Source: a bacterium HR08 (GTDB taxonomy: Bacteria > Acidobacteriota > Blastocatellia > HR10). From it: a DNA stretch of 49,533 nucleotides. The translations under genes and the position numbers were made by a program. Within the stretch, counting starts at the first letter, position 1. The number at the start of each line of letters is the position of its first letter. Where the stretch lies: positions 1-49,533 of the forward strand of contig BEHK01000002.1 of assembly GCA_002898775.1 (NCBI GenBank), given 5' to 3'. Of this stretch, positions 37,704-49,533 are shown piece by piece. Below the pieces are notes generated by a model that saw nothing but the letters and a program-made list of their open reading frames with translations, was not told the origin of the DNA and made no database searches.

Positions 37704-39542
37704 TCAGACTTCCGATGAGGGATGATCGGGATCCATCGCCGGGTCGGAGGTCTGACGCTTCCGCCTCCGATAAAAGATCGAGCGATGCAGGCCCGAACGC
37801 CGCGCGGCTTCAGCGATGTTCCCCCTTGCCTCTTCCAGCGCGCGGCGGATCAGGGCGTCCTCCAACTCGGCGATATACGTGCGCGCGATCTTCAGAATGG
37901 CGCGACGACGCCGTTCCAAGTCCGCTCGATCCACCGGCGGCGTGCGCAGATAGACGCGAAGGGGATTCTTCTCCGCCTCAAGAGCGCGCCACCGACCGAG
38001 CAGCGACTCCGGCAAATCTTGGACGCGAATCTCATCCGATAGGGCCAGCAGGACGAGCCGCTGCACCAGGTTCTCCAGCTCTCGAACGTTGCCGGGGAAT
38101 GAATACTCCTGGAGCGCGATCAACGCCTCGGGATGAAACCGGAGCGTCGGACGCCCGGCGGCCGGAGCGTATTTCTTCAGGAAGTGCAGCGCCAGCAGGG
38201 GAATATCTTCCGGACGTTCGCGAAGCGGTGGGAGGCGCACGGGGATGACATTCACGCGATGGTAGAGCGCTTCCAGAAACTTCCCCTCGGCAACCATCTG
38301 GTGGAGCAGGCGACTCGTAGCGGCGACGACGCGAACATCCACGCGAATCGGCCGGCTCCCCCCCAAGCGCTCGAACTCCTGAAATTGCAGGAAGCGAAGT
38401 AACTTCGCTTGCACGGGGAGAGGGAGCTCGCCGATCTCGTCCAGGAAGAGCGTCCCCCGATGGGCCAATTCCACGCGTCCCAGGCGACGTTCGAGCGCAC
38501 CGGTGAACGCCCCCCGTTCATGTCCGAACAATTCCGATTCCGCCAGCGCCTCCGGCACAGCCGCGCAATTGACGACCACGAACGGTCCCTGGGCTCGCGG
38601 ACTCAGCGCGTGCAGCGCGCGCGCGAGCATCTCCTTCCCCGTCCCCGACTCCCCCTCAAGCAAGACGGTCGCCGAAGACGGCGCCACCTGAACGATCGTC
38701 TGCACGACCCGTCGCCACTCCGGATTGATGCCCACCAAGCCCTGCAAGACCTCGCCGGGCGGCTCGCGCGAGAGCGCATCGCGAGCGCTCAGAGCCGCGT
38801 GCAACCGATCAGCCGCTTCCAGATATACGGCGATGATCGGCGCAATCCGGGCGAGGAATTCCCGATCCGCCTCCGAATACATCGCGGCGACGGTATTGTT
38901 CTCCAAATAGATCGCGCCGAAGCTCACGCCGCCAATGGCGAACGGGGCCACCAGGACGGAGCGCACGCCGCGCCGCACGATGCTCGTCTCCTGCGCATAT
39001 GCGGGATCCGAGAGCGCATCCCGAATGAGCAGCGTTTCGCCGGAGGTGAGCGCGCGCCACAGCAGCGTCCGACTGAAGGCGTGCTCCTCCGCCGCCAAAT
39101 CCTCCGAGCGAAAATTCCGAGCGCACGCCAGCAGAACGCGCGTCGGATCCACGCCGATCTCCTCCCCGATGCGCCGTCCCCCCGGATACAGCACCAGAAG
39201 AGCGCGTTCCGAGCGCGTCTCGGCGAGCAGCAGATCGGCGACCTGCTTTAGAAAGTCCCCCGAAGACGCGCTGTGGAAGTAGAGATCGGCCAACTGTCCG
39301 GCGACGCGCCCCAGGCGACTCTCCCGCACAAGCGACTGCAACTCGATGAGCGCTCGATCGAGCTTCTCCAGCTCATCGCCGCGAATCTGCCCGAGCGCCC
39401 TGGCGACCGCACTCAGCAGACGCCGGGCCTCGGGCTCCGAGAGATCCTCCTGCTGCGCGCGAGCAACGCGTTGCTCCAATTGCTCGAGCGCCCACCGGAC
39501 GTCACGGAGAAGATGCGCCGCTCTCTCCCACCACGTGCTCAT
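37704..39542 (-). CDS. sigma54-dependent enhancer-binding protein: N-terminal coiled coil, GAF, AAA+ and Fis-type HTH
   Basis: GAF (RSVLVAPF...GAIYLEN), GESGTGKE, ESELFGHERGAFTGA, LFLDEIGE, FPGNVRELEN, GNIAEAARRSGLHR. Confidence 0.95.
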   Translation of the reverse strand: MSTWWERAAHLLRDVRWALEQLEQRVARAQQEDLSEPEARRLLSAVARALGQIRGDELEKLDRALIELQSLVRESRLGRVAGQLADLYFHSASSGDFLKQVADLLLAETRSERALLVLYPGGRRIGEEIGVDPTRVLLACARNFRSEDLAAEEHAFSRTLLWRALTSGETLLIRDALSDPAYAQETSIVRRGVRSVLVAPFAIGGVSFGAIYLENNTVAAMYSEADREFLARIAPIIAVYLEAADRLHAALSARDALSREPPGEVLQGLVGINPEWRRVVQTIVQVAPSSATVLLEGESGTGKEMLARALHALSPRAQGPFVVVNCAAVPEALAESELFGHERGAFTGALERRLGRVELAHRGTLFLDEIGELPLPVQAKLLRFLQFQEFERLGGSRPIRVDVRVVAATSRLLHQMVAEGKFLEALYHRVNVIPVRLPPLRERPEDIPLLALHFLKKYAPAAGRPTLRFHPEALIALQEYSFPGNVRELENLVQRLVLLALSDEIRVQDLPESLLGRWRALEAEKNPLRVYLRTPPVDRADLERRRRAILKIARTYIAELEDALIRRALEEARGNIAEAARRSGLHRSIFYRRRKRQTSDPAMDPDHPSSEV

Positions 39543-39557
39543 GCTCCGTGCGGCCCC

Positions 39558-39974
39558 TCATGCCCCCTCGACGCACAGCCCGCAGGGCAAGCACATCCCA
39601 TCGCATTCGCAATAGCCGATGGGGCAGATCCCATCCAGGCCGAGCGTCTCGCGCGCGAGCGCGCGCACGCGCCGCTCGACCGCGGCCGCTCGTTTCGCCC
39701 TCTGCGCCGCCGTCCTGCCGGCCAAAACGTAATAGACGGCGAACTGCTCGAACGCAGCGAGCACTTCCCGCAACCGCACATAGGAGGCCAAGTCCTCCCC
39801 ACTCAGCTCGCGCGTCTGAATCTCCCACCGATCCCACTGATTCTTCGCCGCCAGTTCCAATAAGACCGGAGGGATCCCGCGAATCCCTTCTTCGCGCTTC
39901 CGCCGTCGTCCGACCTTTCGCACCGGGATGCGAATCTTCAAGGACGTCCCTTTTCCCGTTCTCGGCTTCTTCAT
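39558..39974 (-). CDS. Hypothetical protein with a basic N-terminus and a six-Cys C-terminal tail
   Basis: GAGGAG SD before ATG 39974 (or ATG 39992 overlapping the kinase stop); fills the gap between two co-oriented genes; ends CPIGYCECDGMCLPCGLCVEGA. Confidence 0.8.
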   Translation of the reverse strand: MKKPRTGKGTSLKIRIPVRKVGRRRKREEGIRGIPPVLLELAAKNQWDRWEIQTRELSGEDLASYVRLREVLAAFEQFAVYYVLAGRTAAQRAKRAAAVERRVRALARETLGLDGICPIGYCECDGMCLPCGLCVEGA

Positions 39975-39988
39975 CAAAGGTTCTCCTC

Positions 39989-42883
<2,895 letters not shown>

Positions 42884-43063
42884 CTCGCCCCCCTCAGCTC
42901 TTCGGCGGCGATGACTTCCGGCCTCGGTCTCGATCCGCGCCGTGTTCGTCATTCATGCTCTCCACCTCATCCGTTGAAAATCGCGCCGAGCTTCGCCCCA
43001 ATGATAGACGAAAGGCGAGACGGCGGCAATCGCCTCCCCAAGGAGCACGACCCGTCCACCCCC

Positions 43064-43092
43064 TTGCATCGCCGGAGTCATCCGGGGATAAT
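43064..43092 (+). promoter_or_regulatory. sigma70-type promoter of the Tat-protein/amidase pair
   Basis: TTGCAT-17 nt-GATAAT; GGAGG SD at 43111. Confidence 0.55.
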
Positions 43093-43123
43093 AATCCGGC
43101 ATGTATCCGGGGAGGTCCGAATC

Positions 43124-43462
43124 ATGAGAACGCGAAGGCGAGCGACACGACGGCACTTTCTCAAGACCATGGCCGTGACGGCGATCTGCCCTCCCGCGCT
43201 CGCTCTCCCGAAAGCGGCGAAGGAGGGAGACGCCCTGCGGACGACTCCGCCACAGCAACCGCAACAGCCGCTCACCCCTTCGGCGGCGGCGGAAGCGCTG
43301 GGCCAGTTGGTCCGAGCGCGCTACGGTCAGTTCCTGACGGCCGAACAGCTCGCGGAAGTCGTCCGGCAGATCGAGCGGAATCTTCGTTCGGCAGAACGTT
43401 TGCGCAGCGTCGCGTTGACGAATGCCGACGAGCCAGATCTCGTCTTCCGCGCGATGCCGTGA
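43124..43462 (+). CDS. Small Tat-signal protein, candidate amidase accessory subunit (GatC/AtzG-like)
   Basis: TRRHFLK twin-arginine motif, Pro/Gln linker, helical region ending LTNADEPDLVF; SD GGAGG. Confidence 0.75.
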   Translation: MRTRRRATRRHFLKTMAVTAICPPALALPKAAKEGDALRTTPPQQPQQPLTPSAAAEALGQLVRARYGQFLTAEQLAEVVRQIERNLRSAERLRSVALTNADEPDLVFRAMP

Positions 43463-43495
43463 GCGCGTCTTGCTCTCCTCGCAGGAGGTTCGGCG

Positions 43496-44905
43496 ATGTC
43501 CGATCAAGAACTCGCTTTCCTCTCGATCCGCGAACTCGCTCACCTCATTCGATCCCGGCGTCTCTCGCCGGTCGAACTCACGAGAGTGTATCTCGATCGG
43601 CTCGAGCGGCTTGGACCGAAACTCGGCGCCGTCGTCACGATCACGCACGACGCGGCCCTGGAACAAGCCCGTCGGGCTGAACGCGAGATCATGCGCGGCC
43701 GGTATCGCGGCCTGCTGCACGGCATCCCGTACGGAGTGAAGGACCTGCTGGCGACCAAAGGCATCCCCACCACCTGGGGCGCCGCGCCGTATCGGAATCA
43801 GATCTTCGATCACGATGCGACGGTCGTGCGCCGTCTGCAGCGCGCCGGCGCTGTGCTCGTCGCGAAACTCGCGATGGTGGAGCTGGCCGGAGGCATGGGG
43901 TATAACACGGCCGATGCCTCCTTCACGGGACCGGGACGCACGCCATGGAATCCCGAGTACTGGAGTGGGGGATCTTCCTCGGGGTCCGGAGCGGCCGTCG
44001 CCGCTGGGCTCGTCGCCTTCGCCATCGGCTCGGAGACTTCGGGTTCGATCCTGACGCCCGCGGCCTTCTGCGGCATCTCGGGTCTGCGCCCGACCTACGG
44101 GTTGGTGAGCCGATACGGCGCCATGGCGCTGTGCTGGACGCTCGATAAGCTCGGCCCCATGTGTCGGACGGCTGACGATTGCGGGATCGTGCTCGCCGCG
44201 ATCTCCGGCAAAGATCCGAAGGATCCCTCGAGCGTGGCTCGACGATTCACCTATTCGACCCCCCTCCTTCCCACGCGACGTCTGCGGGTGGGCATTGTCC
44301 GAGGCGCGCTCGACCGTGTGCAACCTGAAGTGCGGAAGAATTTCGAGGACGCGGTCGAAGTCCTCAAGAAATACGCCACCGTGGATCCTGACGTCGTGCT
44401 GCCGGACCTCCCCTATGGGCAGGTCGTCGGGATCATCGTCAATGCGGAAGGCGCGAGCGCCTTCCGCGAGCTGATCGAGAGCGGGCGTCTGGCGGAATTG
44501 CAGAATCCGCGCGATCGCCTTGGAGGGTATGTGGGGATGACCATCCTGGCCGTGGATTATCTGCAGGCTCAACGCGTTCGCGTGCGAATCCGTCGCGCGC
44601 TCGATGAGGTGCTCTCCCGGTACGATGCCCTGATCGCTCCGACGCGGGCGACGGTCGCCTATCCGATCGGCGTGGAATTCGAGCGCGCGTATCCGGGCAT
44701 GGGCGGCGGGCCAGCCCTCATCCCGGCCGGCAATGCCGCGGGCGTTCCGGCGCTCTCCGTCCCCAACGGGTTCGGACAAGCGGGATTACCGACGGCACTC
44801 CAACTGATGGGTCGCGCCTTCAGCGAAGCGACGCTCATCGCGCTGGCCAATGCGTACCAGCGAGAGACGGATTGGCATCGGAAGCGCCCACCGCTCCAGG
44901 CGTGA
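43496..44905 (+). CDS. Amidase-signature family amidase (GatA-like fold), no signal peptide
   Basis: HGIPYGVKDL (Lys), GGSSSGSGAAVA, IGSETSGSI, GLRPTYG; AGGAGG SD. Confidence 0.95.
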   Translation: MSDQELAFLSIRELAHLIRSRRLSPVELTRVYLDRLERLGPKLGAVVTITHDAALEQARRAEREIMRGRYRGLLHGIPYGVKDLLATKGIPTTWGAAPYRNQIFDHDATVVRRLQRAGAVLVAKLAMVELAGGMGYNTADASFTGPGRTPWNPEYWSGGSSSGSGAAVAAGLVAFAIGSETSGSILTPAAFCGISGLRPTYGLVSRYGAMALCWTLDKLGPMCRTADDCGIVLAAISGKDPKDPSSVARRFTYSTPLLPTRRLRVGIVRGALDRVQPEVRKNFEDAVEVLKKYATVDPDVVLPDLPYGQVVGIIVNAEGASAFRELIESGRLAELQNPRDRLGGYVGMTILAVDYLQAQRVRVRIRRALDEVLSRYDALIAPTRATVAYPIGVEFERAYPGMGGGPALIPAGNAAGVPALSVPNGFGQAGLPTALQLMGRAFSEATLIALANAYQRETDWHRKRPPLQA

Positions 44906-44936
44906 ACTCGCGCCGGGAGAAGGCGGGATGCCCCCT

Positions 44937-45407
44937 TCAGGCCAGTTCGGAGAACGCCGCGACCGTCGGCTCGCTCAACCGCAGGAAATCGGCCATGCGC
45001 ATCCGAATCGAATCCGTATGCGTCCCCGCGTTGAAGACGATCTCCTCATCCTGCGTCAAGGGCTCGGCCACGTAGACAGGAAGGCCGTAGAGATTGCCGA
45101 AAATCGGCATCGCGCCAATCTCGCAGTCTGGGAAGAGGTCTTTGAACTCAGCCTCCGTGGCCAAACGGACGTCCGTGGCGCCGACGACTTCGGCGAATCG
45201 CGCCAGATCCACCTTGTGATGCGCGGGCAGGACGGCCATCACGAACCGGTCGTCGGCTTTGAGGATCACCGCCTTCGCCATCTCGCGGCCCCGCACATGG
45301 AGCGCGTGGGCGATCTCCTGCGCCGTGAACGCCAGCGAGTGCGTGCAGGCGACATAGGGGACGTGGTGCTCATCGAGGTATTGCTTCAATCGGGCGATGA
45401 TTCCCAT
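44937..45407 (-). CDS. YbaK/ProX-family aminoacyl-tRNA editing protein
   Basis: MAKAVIL (Lys), RLATEAE, FPDCEIGAMPIFG, VFNAGTH. Confidence 0.9.
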   Translation of the reverse strand: MGIIARLKQYLDEHHVPYVACTHSLAFTAQEIAHALHVRGREMAKAVILKADDRFVMAVLPAHHKVDLARFAEVVGATDVRLATEAEFKDLFPDCEIGAMPIFGNLYGLPVYVAEPLTQDEEIVFNAGTHTDSIRMRMADFLRLSEPTVAAFSELA

Positions 45408-45509
45408 ACCCCCCCTCCACAGATCGTGCGCTCAAAGGGAGTCTCGTCGTGACCTTCGAGATCGCGCGAGGCACCCGCGAGCTATTGTCCCACGTTCGGA
45501 GGGCAGCGG

Positions 45510-47588
45510 TCAATCCCCGCTCGGAGGCGCCTCTTCGCGCGATGCCCTCGCCGAGGCCTGACGCTCGAAGAAGCGCTCCACATCCTCGATCCGCGTCGTG
45601 ATCGGACAGGGGGGGAGGCTCTGCAGGAAGATCGCGCCGTAGCTCTTGGTGCGAATCCGAGGGTCGAGGATCGAGAGGACGCCCGTGTCGCTCCGGCTCC
45701 GGATCAATCGGCCCAATCCCTGCTTGAGCATGATGACGGCCTGCGGGACGGCGTAGTCGTAGAAGGGGTCGCCCCCGTTCTGCTCGATATATCGCTGCCG
45801 CGCGGCCACAATGGGATCGGTGGGGACGGCGAAGGGCAATCGGTCAATGATGACGCAGCTCAAGGCCTCGCCCTGCACGTCCACCCCTTGCCAGAAACTC
45901 GCCGTGGCGAAGAGCACCGAATGCGGCGTCGCGCGAAATCGAGCCAGCAGCCCTGATTTCGATCCCTGCCCTTGAACGAAACAGGGGAACGGCACGCGGT
46001 GGCGAACCCGCTCGTACATCTCCGTCATCTGTTGAATCGCCGTGCAGAGGATGAAAGCGCGGCCTCGCGTCACCTGCAGCAGCTTCACGATCTCCTCGAC
46101 GGCAGCCTCCGTGAACTGCGGGCTCCGCGGATCCGGCATCTGAGGCGGGAGATAGAGGATCGCCTGCTCCGCGTAATCGAAATGCGAGGGGACGATCAGC
46201 TCTCGCGCCTCGCGAATGCCCAGGCGGGATCGGATGAAGTCGAAACGACCGCCACTGGTCAACGTCGCCGACGTCAAGATGGCCGTGCGCACACGATCGA
46301 AGAGTCGTTCGGCCAAGATCTCGGAGACATCAATGGGCGTCGCTTGAAGGAAGAGGCCCCGCCCTCGCCGCTCGTACCAGCGGACGAATCGCGGATCTTG
46401 CCCGAGAAGGATGAAGTCCAGATCGGCCCGCACCTGCGCCGTTCGACGCATGAGCGTCTCGACCTCCTGCGGCGGATCCTTCACCATCGCCAGCGTCGTC
46501 TCTAAGAGCGAGAGGGCGTTCATCAACCCGAGCAAGCTCTCCCCAGCGCGCGTCAGCTCCGGCACCTCCCTCGATTCCCCTTCGATGTCCGACGCGCTGC
46601 GATCTTCGGAAGCCCCTCTGGCCTCCTCGTCGGCAACAGCCGAACGGAAGAGAAAGTCCGGCTCCAGCGGGTATCGGCCTTCGGGCCGCCCATCGTTCAG
46701 AAAATGCCTCCAGAAGCTCTCGGCGCGCTGCTGCACCCGCAGACTGACGCGCATCAGTTCCGCGGCCGACGCCGTATCCGTGATCGGGAGATTCTGCACA
46801 TCGCGAACCAGTTCGGCCACGCGATAATTGCTCACCTGCGCCCCGAAATATTCGGAGGCGATCTCCTCCAACTCGTGCGCCTCATCGAAGATGACGACGG
46901 CATAATCCGGGATCACCGCCCCGTATTCATTCCCGCGCAGCGCGAGATCGGCGAAGAAGAGGTGGTGATTGACGATCACGATATCGGCCTTCAGCGCCCG
47001 CTCGCGCATCTTCGTGATGAAACAGGCGTCGTAATCCGGGCACTTCTGCCCCAGACAGATCTCCGAGCGCGCGTCAATGGAGGACCAGAAGCTCAGGTTC
47101 TCCGGCACATCCGTCAGCTCCGCTCGATCTCCGGTCTCCGACTGGAACGCCCATCGGCGAATCTCATCGAAATACTTCGCCTCCTCCAGATCGGCGAGGA
47201 GGGGCTGCGTCTCGGCCCGCTTCAGGCGATAGAGGCAGACGTAGTTCGATCGGCCCTTCATGGAGGCGACGCGCAGCTTCCGCCCCAGCGCCTTCTCCAA
47301 GAAGGGAATATCCTTGAGCAGGAGCTGTTCCTGAAGGTTCTTCGTCCCCGTGGAGATGATGATTCGTTCTGAGGCCGCGAGCGCCGGAACAAGATACGCG
47401 AGCGTCTTTCCCGTTCCCGTCCCGGCTTCGACGAGGAGATGCCCCCCTTCGACCAGGGCGCGATAGACGGCCTCGGCCATGCGAATCTGTCCGGGCCGAT
47501 ACTCGTACTGCGGGTGATGCCGGCAGAGCAGCCCCCCTTCCCCGAAGACTTCCTCCATGAGGGCGGTCTCTTCGCTTCGTCGGCCCAT
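45510..47588 (-). CDS. DinG/YoaA-family Fe-S DNA helicase
   Basis: YEYRPGQ, EAGTGTGKT, Fe-S Cys (YVC, EICLGQKC, DAC), DEAH, TSATL, FWQGVD, QGLGRLIR. Confidence 0.95.
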   Translation of the reverse strand: MGRRSEETALMEEVFGEGGLLCRHHPQYEYRPGQIRMAEAVYRALVEGGHLLVEAGTGTGKTLAYLVPALAASERIIISTGTKNLQEQLLLKDIPFLEKALGRKLRVASMKGRSNYVCLYRLKRAETQPLLADLEEAKYFDEIRRWAFQSETGDRAELTDVPENLSFWSSIDARSEICLGQKCPDYDACFITKMRERALKADIVIVNHHLFFADLALRGNEYGAVIPDYAVVIFDEAHELEEIASEYFGAQVSNYRVAELVRDVQNLPITDTASAAELMRVSLRVQQRAESFWRHFLNDGRPEGRYPLEPDFLFRSAVADEEARGASEDRSASDIEGESREVPELTRAGESLLGLMNALSLLETTLAMVKDPPQEVETLMRRTAQVRADLDFILLGQDPRFVRWYERRGRGLFLQATPIDVSEILAERLFDRVRTAILTSATLTSGGRFDFIRSRLGIREARELIVPSHFDYAEQAILYLPPQMPDPRSPQFTEAAVEEIVKLLQVTRGRAFILCTAIQQMTEMYERVRHRVPFPCFVQGQGSKSGLLARFRATPHSVLFATASFWQGVDVQGEALSCVIIDRLPFAVPTDPIVAARQRYIEQNGGDPFYDYAVPQAVIMLKQGLGRLIRSRSDTGVLSILDPRIRTKSYGAIFLQSLPPCPITTRIEDVERFFERQASARASREEAPPSGD

Positions 47589-47642
47589 CGGCGATGCCTC
47601 ACCGCGGAGGAATGTCCATCGCTTCCTGAGCGCGGGAGCGCT

Positions 47643-48920
47643 TCACACTTCGCGCAGATTGCGAAGCCGATGGGGATAGAGCGGGAACTGCTCGGTCAAC
47701 TCCCACACCCGCTGCCGCACCGAGCGCTGCACCGATTCGCTCTCGGGCTGATCCAGAACCTCGGCGATCCACTGCGCGATCTTGCGCATCTCGGGCTCCT
47801 TCATCCCTCGCGTCGTGACCGCGGGCGTTCCCAAACGAATGCCGCTGGCGATCATCGGCGGTTGCGTGTCGAAGGGGATCGTGTTCTTGTTCACGGTGAT
47901 CCCCGCGCGCTCCAACGCGCTCTCGGCCTGCTTCCCCGTCAAGCCTCGGGAGAAGACGTCCACCAGGACGAGATGAGTATCCGTCCCCCCGGAGACGATG
48001 CGATATCCCGCTCGAGCCAGCTCCTCGGCCAAGACGCGAGCATTCTTGATCACCTGCTCCTGATAAGCGCGGAATTCGGGCTGCATGGCTTCTTTGAAGC
48101 ACACGGCCTTGGCCGCCATGATGTGAACGTGCGGCCCCCCTTGCACGCAGGGGAAGACGGCGCGATCGATCTCCCGCGCGTACTTCTCCTTGCACATGAT
48201 CATGCCGGCGCGCGGGCCACGCAGCGTCTTGTGCGTCGTCGTCGTCACGAAATCGCAGCCAGGGACCGGGCTCGGATGCAACCCGGTCGCCACAAACCCC
48301 GCAATGTGTGCGATGTCGGCCATCACGACGGCCCCCACGTCGCGAGCGATCGCCGCGATCCGCTCGAAATCAATGGTGCGGGGATAGGCGCTCGCCCCAC
48401 AGACGATCATTTTCGGCCGATGCTCATGCGCCAGCCGCTCCAGCTCTTCGTAATCAATCTGCTCCGTCTCGCGATGCACGCCGTAGGGGATCACCCGAAA
48501 GTATTTCCCCGAAAAGTTCAAGGGATGGCCGTGCGTCAGATGCCCTCCATGCGAGAGGTTCATCCCGAGGATCGTGTCCCCCGGTTGCAGCATGGCGATG
48601 TAGACGGCCATGTTCGCCTGCGATCCCGAATACGGTTGCACGTTGACGTGCTCGGCCCCGAAGAGCTGCTTCGCCCGCTGGATGGCCAGCGATTCCACCA
48701 CGTCCACGAATTCGCATCCCCCATAGTAGCGCCGTCCCGGATACCCCTCGGCGTATTTGTTGGTGAAGACCGACCCCATGGCCTCCAGGACCGCCTCGCT
48801 GACGAAATTCTCCGAGGCGATCAATTCCAAGCCCCGCGCTTGTCGTTCGGTCTCCCGGAGGATGGCCTCAGCGATCTCCGGATCCACTTCGCGCAGCGGA
48901 CGCATCCGCCACTGGTTCAT
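47643..48920 (-). CDS. glyA: Serine hydroxymethyltransferase
   Basis: [44 protein letters not shown]; AAGGAG SD before ATG 48920. Confidence 0.97.
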   Translation of the reverse strand: MNQWRMRPLREVDPEIAEAILRETERQARGLELIASENFVSEAVLEAMGSVFTNKYAEGYPGRRYYGGCEFVDVVESLAIQRAKQLFGAEHVNVQPYSGSQANMAVYIAMLQPGDTILGMNLSHGGHLTHGHPLNFSGKYFRVIPYGVHRETEQIDYEELERLAHEHRPKMIVCGASAYPRTIDFERIAAIARDVGAVVMADIAHIAGFVATGLHPSPVPGCDFVTTTTHKTLRGPRAGMIMCKEKYAREIDRAVFPCVQGGPHVHIMAAKAVCFKEAMQPEFRAYQEQVIKNARVLAEELARAGYRIVSGGTDTHLVLVDVFSRGLTGKQAESALERAGITVNKNTIPFDTQPPMIASGIRLGTPAVTTRGMKEPEMRKIAQWIAEVLDQPESESVQRSVRQRVWELTEQFPLYPHRLRNLREV

Positions 48921-48969
48921 CGCCGTCGCTCCTTCTCCGCATGATCCCCGCACGCTCGTGCGAGACGGA

Positions 48970-48999
48970 ATCTTACCGCATGGCGGAGGACACCTTCAA
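48970..48999 (-). promoter_or_regulatory. Candidate sigma70 promoter for glyA
   Basis: Minus strand TTGAAG-18 nt-TAAGAT. Confidence 0.45.
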
Positions 49000-49533
49000 G
49001 CACGCGCGCCAGGAGAGCGCTCCGCACCGACGCGCTTTCGCTCCCGACCTCTTCCCAGATAGGCCCGGCAGAGATCCAAAAAGGCCAGGAGCGCATCCGA
49101 GGGCGCCTCCTCCTTGAGATAAGCCAAACCCAGCTCCCACCGACTCTTCAACCCGCGAATGGGCAGCGCCCGCAGCAGCCCCGCGTGCACCTCGCGCTGA
49201 ACGGTGAGCCAAGGGAGGATGCCAACGCCCAGACCGACCTCCACCATCTTCTTGATCGCCTCGTCGCGATTCAGCTCCATGACGACGTGCGGCCGAACGC
49301 CAGCATGTTCGAAGAAGAGATCAATGATCCGCCGCCGATTCCCCCCGCGCTCTCCGAGGATCAACGGCTCGGAAGCCAGTTGCATGACCGTCACTTCGCG
49401 CGCTTGTGCCAGCGGATGGCTCGGCGGGATCACGGCCACGAGCCGATCCCCATACAGCGGTTCCGTATGGACCAGCGGCGCTTCGACCGGCAGGGAGATG
49501 AGCCCGACGTCCAGCCGATGCTCCAGCAGACGA
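48996..49533 (-). CDS. LysR-family regulator, substrate-binding domain (5'-truncated by the window edge)
   Basis: LDVGLISLP, PPSHPLA, EAIKKMVEVGLGVGILP. Confidence 0.9.
   Translation of the reverse strand, partial: RLLEHRLDVGLISLPVEAPLVHTEPLYGDRLVAVIPPSHPLAQAREVTVMQLASEPLILGERGGNRRRIIDLFFEHAGVRPHVVMELNRDEAIKKMVEVGLGVGILPWLTVQREVHAGLLRALPIRGLKSRWELGLAYLKEEAPSDALLAFLDLCRAYLGRGRERKRVGAERSPGARA

Noticed and set aside
43124-44905. gatC-gatA of the tRNA amidotransferase
   Set aside because: No adjacent gatB, the small protein has a Tat signal, and the amidase reads GSETSGS rather than the GatA GSDTGGS.RQPA
45510-47588. DinG as part of a type IV CRISPR or other defence system
   Set aside because: Housekeeping context (glyA, ybaK), Fe-S YoaA-type features, and no csf/cas genes

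Overview
GC-rich bacterial chromosomal window. The Oar-type TonB-dependent receptors, the Ser/Thr kinase-TolB propeller fusion and the PD40-amidohydrolase suggest Acidobacteriota (inference). About 34 protein-coding genes are supported. I found no rRNA, tRNA, CRISPR array or mobile element. Blocks: (1) 1-16464 (+): acyl-CoA ligase, a FabH-like enzyme with Ser in place of the catalytic Cys, MaoC hydratase, tandem TetR, a secreted unknown, two paralogous TonB-dependent receptors, a secreted lipase-fold hydrolase, two alpha/beta hydrolases, ALDH and Zn-ADH. Together these look like a PUL-style ester/polyester utilisation locus. (2) 16488-23232: two divergent sigma54 promoters, one ahead of an unknown 67-aa protein plus gltB, the other ahead of a porin with a highly structured leader. 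(3) 23337-29725: 2OG oxygenase, D-aminoacylase, flavin reductase and a propeller-amidohydrolase. (4) 29801-34889 (-): dapB-dapA-dapD-murB-murA behind an apparent ribosome-mediated lysine attenuator (promoter, Lys-containing leader peptide, competing hairpins, terminator). MurA is the Cys-to-Asp type. (5) 34980-42952 (-): Ntn acylase and a Ser/Thr kinase / six-Cys small protein / GAF-sigma54 activator module. (6) 43124-49533: Tat-signal small protein in frame with an amidase, YbaK, DinG/YoaA helicase, glyA and a partial LysR. The strongest candidates for undescribed systems are the lysine attenuator on the dap-mur operon and the TBDR-hydrolase ester utilisation locus. All calls are by eye from motifs; no searches or folding programs were run.
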